A stretch of DNA of 64,000 bases from Deltaproteobacteria bacterium (lineage in GTDB: Bacteria; Myxococcota; Myxococcia; Myxococcales; 40CM-4-68-19): positions 16,981 to 80,980 of the forward strand of contig VBKI01000093.1 of the NCBI GenBank assembly GCA_005879535.1, given 5' to 3'. The position numbers and the translations under genes were made by a program. The notes below the pieces were generated by a model. It saw nothing but the letters and a program-made list of their open reading frames with translations. It was not told the origin of the DNA and made no database searches. Below are positions 54,797-62,153 of this stretch, piece after piece. The first letter of the stretch is position 1. The number at the start of each line of letters is the position of its first letter.

Positions 54797-56236
54797 ATGA
54801 TCACCGTCCTCGAGATCCTGGAGAGAGCGCGGAGCGGGGGCCAGCGGCTGCCCTACAACGAGGCCGCGGTCCTGTTCGCGGCCGCCGTGCGCCTCGCCGC
54901 CGCGAACGATTCCACGCTGCGCGCGCGGCTCCTCCAGATCGACGATGCAGGCGGGCTGCGCCTGGCGCCATTCGACGAAGACGAGCCCGAGGCGGACCCT
55001 GCGTATCTCGCGCCGGAGCTGCTCTCGCCCGATGCTCCCGACAAGAACGACCCGAAGGTGCAGGTGTACGCCGCAGGTGTGCTGGGTTACGAGCTGCTGA
55101 CTGGCAAGCACGCGCCGCTCTCCGGTCACTCCACCGACCTCTCCGGGCCCCTCGGCGAAGTGCTGCAGCTGGCGCTGGCCTCCGACCGGCGGACGCGCAT
55201 CGAGGACCTCAAGCAGCTCGAAGAGGCGGTGGAGGGAGTGCAGCCGCGGCCGCCGGCGGAAGGCGAGCGGAACATTCTCGTCTCTTTACGGCACCGCTCG
55301 TCGCGCCCGCCGCCGGAGAAGGACGCCGTGGCGAGACTGATCGACCGGCTGCAGCAGCTCGAGACGCAAGTCGCGACCCTGGGGAGGGTGCAGTCGCGCA
55401 TGGAGGCGGCGCAGCGACAGTCGCTGGAGACGATGGAGCGGTTCGAAGTGGGTCAGCTCCGCGCTGGCGATGCAGGTCGGCGGCGGCAGCCTGTGGTTGC
55501 CCCGGCCATCCTCGCCGGCACGCTGTCGGCTGCGGCCGTCGTCGCTGTGGCGTGGGCGCTGGGCGTGTTTGCGTTTCCTGTGCCGCGGCCTCCGCCTCCG
55601 CCGGCGACGGCCGAATCCGCGCCGCCGGAGGCGAAGCCCGCAACGACGGAACCGAAGCCCGCAGCCGACGCAACGCCCGTCGCCAACGAAGCGAAACCTG
55701 CGCGCAGTGAGCCTCCGGCTTCACGCGACGCGAGCTCTACCCAGATCAGTGCGGACGCTGCCGCCGAGGCGGAGACTGCCCCAACCGATGCCGCTGCAAC
55801 AGTCGAATCGAAGTCTGCCCAAATCAACCCCGGGGACTCGGCCGCCGACGCCGGCGCCGGCGCGGCGGGGGACGGCGGCACCGCCCCGCAAGCCGCCACC
55901 TCCGCGCCGCCCGCGAGAAAGCGCGCGGCCGGCCCCAGCTCGCAGGCCGCCATGCTGCACGCACTCGCGCTCTCGCAGGTCCGCCGCGGCGAGGCTGCCC
56001 TGGAACAGGGCAACACCGACGATGCGCTGGCCAGCTTCCGCGCTGCGCTCGAGAACGAGCCCACCATCGCCGTCGCCTTCCGGGGCCTGGGCATGGCGTA
56101 CGCGATGCAGGGACACGACGCGGAGGCGCTGCAGGCGTACGACAAGTACCTGCGCCTCTCGCCGAAGGCGTCGGACGCGCCGGAGATCCGCAAGTCGATC
56201 CGCGAGCTGCGCACGCGCGCGAAGGGCGCAGAATGA
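54797..56236 (+). CDS. pseudokinase-like (kinase C-lobe remnant)-coiled coil-TM-Pro/Ala-rich-TPR protein
   Basis: The N-terminus retains the kinase substrate-lobe pattern (AYLAPELL..., VYAAGVLGYELLTGKHAP). It lacks the G-loop, VAIK Lys, HRD and DFG motifs. A TM helix (PAILAGTLSAAAVVAVAWALGVFAF), a P/A/E-rich spacer and C-terminal TPR repeats follow. Confidence 0.7.
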   Translation: MITVLEILERARSGGQRLPYNEAAVLFAAAVRLAAANDSTLRARLLQIDDAGGLRLAPFDEDEPEADPAYLAPELLSPDAPDKNDPKVQVYAAGVLGYELLTGKHAPLSGHSTDLSGPLGEVLQLALASDRRTRIEDLKQLEEAVEGVQPRPPAEGERNILVSLRHRSSRPPPEKDAVARLIDRLQQLETQVATLGRVQSRMEAAQRQSLETMERFEVGQLRAGDAGRRRQPVVAPAILAGTLSAAAVVAVAWALGVFAFPVPRPPPPPATAESAPPEAKPATTEPKPAADATPVANEAKPARSEPPASRDASSTQISADAAAEAETAPTDAAATVESKSAQINPGDSAADAGAGAAGDGGTAPQAATSAPPARKRAAGPSSQAAMLHALALSQVRRGEAALEQGNTDDALASFRAALENEPTIAVAFRGLGMAYAMQGHDAEALQAYDKYLRLSPKASDAPEIRKSIRELRTRAKGAE

Positions 56237-56239
56237 TCA

Positions 56240-56268
56240 GTCGCGGCCGCCGAAGGCGGCCTAGCGAC
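56240..56268. terminator. hairpin between convergent genes
   Basis: GTCGC GGCCGCC gaa GGCGGCC ta GCGAC stem-loop directly after the stop at 56236. There is no U-tract. Confidence 0.35.
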
Positions 56269-56303
56269 CGCGCCTCAAGGCTGTACAAGTCATGAGATGT
56301 GTC

Positions 56304-56747
56304 CTAGCGCGGCCGGCGCGCGAACATCCCGGAAGACCGCACGAAGTAGACGCGTTCCCCCTGCCTGTCGAAGAGCTCCCCGAACGTAGCCACGGTGCCG
56401 CGGCTGGGGCTCTTCGACGACGGTCTCACGGATGTGATGGTGACGCGCCCCCGCAGCACGTCGCCGGGGCGCACCGGTTTGAGCCAGCGCAATTCATCGA
56501 CGCCGGCCGACCCCAGGCTCGCCGAATCCAGCAGCAGCCCGCGCACGAGCAGGCCCATGTACATCGACGCGGTTTGCCAGCCGCTCGCGATCAGCCCGCG
56601 GAACATCGAGTGCTGCGCCGCCGCCTGGTCGACGTGGAACGGTTGCGGATCGTACTTGCGGGCGAACTCGAGAATCTCGGCCTCGCTGATGCTCGCCTCC
56701 CCCAGCTCGTAGACCTGTCCCTCGGCGAAGTCTTCGAAGTAACGCAT
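56304..56747 (-). CDS. MaoC-like (R)-specific enoyl-CoA hydratase/dehydratase
   Basis: Hot-dog fold MaoC pattern (YDPQPFHVD..., GLIASGWQT). Confidence 0.85.
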   Translation of the reverse strand: MRYFEDFAEGQVYELGEASISEAEILEFARKYDPQPFHVDQAAAQHSMFRGLIASGWQTASMYMGLLVRGLLLDSASLGSAGVDELRWLKPVRPGDVLRGRVTITSVRPSSKSPSRGTVATFGELFDRQGERVYFVRSSGMFARRPR

Positions 56748-56750
56748 GAG

Positions 56751-58109
56751 CTATCTCGCCAGTTGCAGCGTCACCTCGCGCAGGAACCTGACGCCGTCGC
56801 CGATCCAGCGGATCGGACGCCGCTCGTCCGCGCCGTGCGCCGCGCGGCCGGCGCGAGCGTCCTCGCGGGTCCCCGGAGCGCCGCCGAGGCCATAGGACTG
56901 GATGCCGACTTCGCGCAGGTGCCGCGAATCCGTCGCGCCGGTCCCCATCGCGTGCACGACTGCCACATCACCCCAGACGGCGCGTGCGGCAGCGTGCACG
57001 GCATCGTTCACCGCGCCAGCGATCGGCGACGGCTTCGCCGAGTAGAAGTCTTCCGTCGGCTTCAGGTCGACGGCCGCATCGCCGATGGCCTGCGCCAGCT
57101 TCGTCTGGGTCTGCTCCCGCGTCTCATCGGGCAGGATGCGGCAATTCACAGTCGCTTCCGCCGTGGTGGGCAAGACGTTGTCCTGCGGCGCGGCTTTCAG
57201 CATGGTCGTCACGCAGGTAGTGCGGAGCTGGGCATTCGCAAGCCGGTCCTTGCTGATCAGGGCATCGTCCTCGGGCGAGACGGTGCCCGTATCCGCCACG
57301 CGCTTGAGCGCGTCGGACAGCGGCGGCTTCTCGTATCGGGCGGAGAGGGCGATCCCTTCGCGCGCCTCCGGGGTGACCTTGGCAGGAAACCGCAGCTCGC
57401 CAATCCGCTGCAGGGCGCGGGCGAGCGTCACGACCGGATCGACATCCGTGGGCGGCACGGACGAATGACCGCCCTTTCCCTTCACGGTCAGGTGGTAGCT
57501 CTGGAAGGTCTTCTCGGCCACGCCGATCTGCACTGCTTCCATCCGCGAAAGATCGGGCGCCACGAGCAGGCTTCCGCCCTCGTTCAACGCCAGCTCGGCA
57601 TCGAGCAGATCACGGTGGTTCTGCGCCAGCCACCTCACGCCGACCAGCCCGCCCGTCTCCTCGCCCGCCGTGAGCGCGACGATCAGGTCGTGCGAGAGCT
57701 TCTGCGGACCGCGCGCCGCTTCCAGCGCGATGGCGGTGAACGCGGCGGCCATCGCCTTGTCGTCGCTGACGCCGCGCGCATAGAGAAAGCCGTCCTTCTC
57801 GGTAGGCTGGAACGGCGGCACCGTCCATGGTTGCCCTTCCACCGGCACGACGTCGATGTGTGCGAGCAGGAGCAGCGGCCGCTTCTTGCCGGTCCCGGGG
57901 ACGCGGGCGATCAGATTTCCACGCCCCGGCGCCGACTCGAGGATCTGCGCGCGAATGCCCGCCTGCTGGAAGCGGGCAAGCACCGGCTGCAGCGCCGCCG
58001 TCTCGTTGCCGTGGCTCGTATCGACGCGCAGGAGCTGGTCGAGGATCTGGCGGGCTTCGGTTTCGACGGCGGTGGCCGCGAGCGCGACGCAGGCGAGCGC
58101 GAGAAGCAT
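56751..58109 (-). CDS. M20/M25/M40 family metallopeptidase, secreted
   Basis: Signal peptide MLLALACVALAATA. M20 motifs (LLLAHIDVV, GVSDDK, GEETGG). Confidence 0.85.
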   Translation of the reverse strand: MLLALACVALAATAVETEARQILDQLLRVDTSHGNETAALQPVLARFQQAGIRAQILESAPGRGNLIARVPGTGKKRPLLLLAHIDVVPVEGQPWTVPPFQPTEKDGFLYARGVSDDKAMAAAFTAIALEAARGPQKLSHDLIVALTAGEETGGLVGVRWLAQNHRDLLDAELALNEGGSLLVAPDLSRMEAVQIGVAEKTFQSYHLTVKGKGGHSSVPPTDVDPVVTLARALQRIGELRFPAKVTPEAREGIALSARYEKPPLSDALKRVADTGTVSPEDDALISKDRLANAQLRTTCVTTMLKAAPQDNVLPTTAEATVNCRILPDETREQTQTKLAQAIGDAAVDLKPTEDFYSAKPSPIAGAVNDAVHAAARAVWGDVAVVHAMGTGATDSRHLREVGIQSYGLGGAPGTREDARAGRAAHGADERRPIRWIGDGVRFLREVTLQLAR

Positions 58110-58167
58110 CTGTCACCTCCCGTGGGGCGCGCACCCTACCACGCGCCTCCACGGGTCGCGCTCCTGT

Positions 58168-59265
58168 CTATTGGCACTGTGGCTTGTGAAGCTGGATATT
58201 GCCGCCCGCGAGGAAGTTGTCAGAGTTTACTGGAGCCCCGTTCAAGAGCAATTGGAACCTGTCGACTCCGCGGCCTGACTCAGCATTATCGGCGACGTCC
58301 GCCTCATATGATTCGGTGGTGCCATCGACGTCGGCCAAGCCGAGCGTCTTCCTGCCGTTCGATCCGAAAGCAGGGTACGCGCCGTAACCGGTCACTGCGG
58401 TTCCTTTGACGCGCAACGGCTTGCCGTGGTCGAGGTACATCAGGTGACCCCAGAACAACCCGTTCTTGATGCCACCCGCCACGGCGAAGTTTGCCTTGGC
58501 ATTCGGATCTGACGGCGATGCAATCCATCCCCCACCGGTGACGAAGTCGGCGGCGGTCGCGTCGCACGGCGGCGGCGACGCAGGACAGGTGATGTCGGCA
58601 TGTGCATGGGAGACGATCACCTCGGCGAGCGGCGCCGATCCCGACGCCGGGTTGTTGACTACGACGTGCAGGGCGTTGACGTCCATCGTGCCCGACTGGC
58701 CGTTGACCGAGCTCGACTGCTCGTTGATCACGACTGACCCTGCATTGAGCGGCAGTGGGACGGTCTGGTTGGTGGCTCCGGAAACGTCGATGCTCTGACC
58801 GTTGATGACGACTTTGGCCAGATCGGACCTGCCGCTGACGGATGGGCTTGTCCCTGTGCATTGGGCGCTGGCCTCCGACATCAGGAAGTCGGCGGCGATC
58901 GTGTTTCCGGCGGCAGTCAGGCTGAGATCGGCGACCGATGCCTCTGACCGGCTCGCGTTTCCCCGGCCGATCGTCGTGGCATGTGCAACGTCAGCTCCAT
59001 TCAAGCCCCCGGCGGTGCCCAGCGAGATCGGCGGGACGTCCAGAAGGGAGGCTTCCTGCGCGCCTCCACTGGAAGGGAGGGGACCGGTGTCGGCGACGGT
59101 GATCGGCAAGAGCGGCGGGACGGTGGCCTGTACGACGTAAGCCTGCCCACTGAAAGTGGGCGTGGAGGATGTCTGCGCGATGCTCCTTGCGGGTGCAGCG
59201 AACAGCGACATCAGGGCGACGAGGATGAAGCGGCGCGAAGCATGACATGTCTTCTCGTGTGCCAC
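58168..59265 (-). CDS. secreted two-domain hypothetical protein
   Basis: Best start is GTG 59265 (or ATG 59352), giving the signal peptide RRFILVALMSLFAAPARSIA. The N-terminal domain has GQAYVVQATV...VINEQ...NALHVVV. The C-terminal domain has VTGGGWI...GGNIQLH and ends in Cys-x-Cys-like KPQCQ. My recollection that these resemble 'choice-of-anchor' type families is unverified. Confidence 0.6.
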   Translation of the reverse strand: MAHEKTCHASRRFILVALMSLFAAPARSIAQTSSTPTFSGQAYVVQATVPPLLPITVADTGPLPSSGGAQEASLLDVPPISLGTAGGLNGADVAHATTIGRGNASRSEASVADLSLTAAGNTIAADFLMSEASAQCTGTSPSVSGRSDLAKVVINGQSIDVSGATNQTVPLPLNAGSVVINEQSSSVNGQSGTMDVNALHVVVNNPASGSAPLAEVIVSHAHADITCPASPPPCDATAADFVTGGGWIASPSDPNAKANFAVAGGIKNGLFWGHLMYLDHGKPLRVKGTAVTGYGAYPAFGSNGRKTLGLADVDGTTESYEADVADNAESGRGVDRFQLLLNGAPVNSDNFLAGGNIQLHKPQCQ

Positions 59266-59713
59266 AGACACAACCCAATCCTTTCTCTTTGCCAGCTGCC
59301 TGAGCGCAGCGGCGGTCGAAGGCAACCTGGGGCACTTCGCCGCAAGCGCCATTCGGCAAGATTGACGAGAGAAGAAGATCGTCCCGAAATCGCGGTCACT
59401 TAAAGGTTTCGCCAATGATGGAATTGGATTTTCAAGTCGTACTTTTCGAAATTTGCAGACTCATGCGAGCAAAGCAAAGCAACGATGCGCGCCGCCCTGG
59501 GCATCTATCCATCGAGGAGGGCCACCTGTAATCTGCCAGCGCAGATGACCGTGTGCCGGCCTGCTTCATCCACCAACGCGCGGTGCTGCTCGGCTCGTTT
59601 GCCGTGTGGGCTCAAGGTTCGAGGGACAGTCGTGGTCACGGACGCCGTCAACCGCGTGGCGATCGGTCGGACGCCGGGCGATCAGGCGCCGATCTCGCGA
59701 AGCGCGCGAGACT

Positions 59714-60409
59714 CTACGACTTTGCGAGAGATGCGAAGCGCCTGGCGTATTCCGTCCCGGCCGCAGAATCTTCGTGCTTGAAGTAGACGAAGACCTCGCC
59801 GGTGTACGTCTTCACGAACTCTGCCCATTTCAATAAAGCCGCAGAGTCGTAGTCCTGGCGGCGCAGACGCAGGTACCCGAAGTCCGCCGTGCGCACCGCG
59901 GGCGTCGCCAGCTCCTCGTTCTCCGCGATGCACAGCGCCGCCCCGGCGTCGCGCAAGGCTGCGTACGTCTCATCCGCGAACCAGCTCGCGTGGCGGAACT
60001 CGAAGGCCGCACGCAGGTCGCGAGGGAGCTGCTGGAGAAAGTTTCGTAGGAGCGGCAAGTCCGCCTTCAGATTCGGAGGGAGCTGGTAAAGCACGGGGGC
60101 CAGTCGCGCGCCGAGCGTACGAGCCGCGTCCACGAATCCTTCCACCAGCTCGCTGCTCTCCCGCAGCCGCTTCTGGTGCGTGATTCGCTGCCATGCCTTG
60201 AGCGCGAACCGGAACCGTTCCGGCACCTGCGCCGCCCATCCCTCGAGGATCTTCGTCGTCGGCTTGCGGTAGAACGAATAGTTGATCTCGACGGTATCGA
60301 ACTGCTCCGCGTAGTACCCGAGCATCTTCTTTGACGAGAGGTCCTCGGGGTAGAAGCTGCCTCTCCAGGCTTCGTAGTTGTATCCGCTGGTGCCGACGTG
60401 CACCGTCAC
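59714..60409 (-). CDS. DUF72 (YecE-like) family protein
   Basis: Hallmark N-terminus VHVGTSGYNYEAWRGSFYP and family-wide similarity. GTGA overlap with the upstream MerR-TPR gene. Confidence 0.85.
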   Translation of the reverse strand: MTVHVGTSGYNYEAWRGSFYPEDLSSKKMLGYYAEQFDTVEINYSFYRKPTTKILEGWAAQVPERFRFALKAWQRITHQKRLRESSELVEGFVDAARTLGARLAPVLYQLPPNLKADLPLLRNFLQQLPRDLRAAFEFRHASWFADETYAALRDAGAALCIAENEELATPAVRTADFGYLRLRRQDYDSAALLKWAEFVKTYTGEVFVYFKHEDSAAGTEYARRFASLAKS

Positions 60410-61212
60410 GCCTGCACCAGCTTGCGATAGGTGCGCAAATGGCGCAGCGCCGCTGTTCCTTCGCCCCGCGCCTCGTAGAGTTGGGAGAGGTTGTAGTGCG
60501 CGTCGGCGCAGGCAGCGTCGGCGGCCAGCGCCGTCCGGTAGGCCAGGATCGCCTCCTCGGGCATCCGGAGGTCCTCGAGGGCGACGCCAAGATTGAACAG
60601 CGCGACCCCGTTGTCCGGGTTCAGTTCGATCGCCTTCCGATAGTGCTGGGCGGCAGCGCGAGCGTCTCCGGCTTCGTGGAGCAGCCGCCCGAGATTCACC
60701 CAGGCGCCCGCATGCGATGGATCGAGCTCCAGCGTCCGGCGGTACGCGGCCGCCGCGTCATCCGGTGCCGTTTCTTCCAGATCGCAGGCGCGCTCGTACC
60801 AGTCGGAGGCGTCGCCGCCGCGGGCCCGGATCTGCAGCGGCGCCACCTTGCGGGCCAGCTCCTTCGTCTCGAAGTCGAAGAGCACCTGTCCCGACTCCGG
60901 GCTCCACGAGGCGCGATCGTCGCCGACGACGATGCGATCTCCCTCCGCGTGGATGTGGACGCCGCGCAGCGGCCTGCCTTCGGGAAGCTGCTCCTTCAGC
61001 TTGCGCAATGCGCTGCGCACGCGCCGCGGCGCAATGCGCGCGGAGACCAGCCCTTGCGCCGTGCGCAGCAGCACCAGATCCTGGAAGGAGAACCGCAGCT
61101 CGCCGCGCGGCCCCCGCGTAGGCTCGAGGAAGCCCGCGCGCACGTACGCGCGCACCTGTGACACGGAGAGGCCGAGCATCTTCGCCACCTCGCGCGCTCC
61201 GTAGCCGCTCAT
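60406..61212 (-). CDS. MerR-type HTH transcriptional regulator fused to TPR repeats
   Basis: N-terminal MerR HTH (YGAREVAKMLGLSVSQVRAYVRAGFL). C-terminal TPRs (AAYRRTLELDPSHAGAWVNLG, HYRKAIELNPDNGVALFNLG). Confidence 0.8.
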   Translation of the reverse strand: MSGYGAREVAKMLGLSVSQVRAYVRAGFLEPTRGPRGELRFSFQDLVLLRTAQGLVSARIAPRRVRSALRKLKEQLPEGRPLRGVHIHAEGDRIVVGDDRASWSPESGQVLFDFETKELARKVAPLQIRARGGDASDWYERACDLEETAPDDAAAAYRRTLELDPSHAGAWVNLGRLLHEAGDARAAAQHYRKAIELNPDNGVALFNLGVALEDLRMPEEAILAYRTALAADAACADAHYNLSQLYEARGEGTAALRHLRTYRKLVQA

Positions 61213-61236
61213 CGCGGCCGAAGATCGCACGGAGGG

Positions 61237-62124
61237 CTACTTCCGGGAAGAAGCCTTTTTCTCCGCCTTGGCCTCGCCGGCGGCGCGCTTGGCCGGCTTC
61301 CGCTCTTCGGGCCTCGCCGGCGCGGGCGCGCTCTCCCTTGCCGGACCGAGGCCCTTGGCGGCCAGCGAAGCCTTGAGCGCCTCCATCAGATCGATGATCT
61401 GCGTCTGCGGCGCGGCGGGCTGCTCGATCTGGATCTCCTGCCCCTCGACCTTTCGCTGGATCTGCTCCTGGATGCGCGTGCGCACGTCGTCCTTGTACTT
61501 CTCGGGCTTGAACTCGTCGGTCGAGATCTGCTCGATGATCTGCCGCGCCAGCGCCAGCTCCTGGTCCTTCACCTCGGCGGGCTCGACGCCGACTTCCGAG
61601 AACGGGCGGATCTCGTCGGCGTACATGAGATTCTGCATCACCAGGCCGCCTTCGGGCAGCGGCCGGATCTGCACCAGGTACTGCTTGCCGCGGGCGGCGT
61701 AGCGCGCCAGCGCGGTCTTGCCGCTGCGCCGCATCGCCTCCGCCAGCAGCCGGTAGGCGCGATCGGCGCCTTTCTCCGGTCCGAGGTAGTAGGCCTTGTC
61801 GAAGTAGACAGGATCGATCTTCTCGCTGGGAACGAATTCGGCGATTTCGATCTGCTGTGACGCTTTCTCCTCCAGCGCCTTCAACTCTTCCGGCGTGAAG
61901 GTGACGTAGCGGTCCTTGGCGAACTCATACCCCTTCACCATCTCCTCGCGCGGGACCACCGCATTGTCGTCGCGCGGGCAGATGTACTGCTGCTTGACCC
62001 GGCCACCGCACTTGGCGTGCAGCATGTTGAACGAGATCGCCGCCGACGACTCGGTGGCCGAGAACAGCTTCACCGGGATGGAAACCAGCCCGAAGGAAAT
62101 GGTCCCCGTAGCAAGTGGCCTCAT
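61237..62124 (-). CDS. ku: Ku protein (NHEJ DNA end-binding)
   Basis: MRPLATGTISFGLVSIPVKLFSATE is the canonical bacterial Ku N-terminus. Lys-rich C-terminal tail. Confidence 0.9.
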   Translation of the reverse strand: MRPLATGTISFGLVSIPVKLFSATESSAAISFNMLHAKCGGRVKQQYICPRDDNAVVPREEMVKGYEFAKDRYVTFTPEELKALEEKASQQIEIAEFVPSEKIDPVYFDKAYYLGPEKGADRAYRLLAEAMRRSGKTALARYAARGKQYLVQIRPLPEGGLVMQNLMYADEIRPFSEVGVEPAEVKDQELALARQIIEQISTDEFKPEKYKDDVRTRIQEQIQRKVEGQEIQIEQPAAPQTQIIDLMEALKASLAAKGLGPARESAPAPARPEERKPAKRAAGEAKAEKKASSRK

Positions 62125-62153
62125 GGGGCGTGGATGATAACCTCGCCGCACGA

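Noticed and set aside
55560-55930. Repetitive GC-rich DNA that could be mistaken for a tandem repeat locus
   Set aside because: It is the in-frame Pro/Ala/Glu-rich low-complexity linker of the pseudokinase-TPR protein (54797-56236), not a non-coding repeat array.
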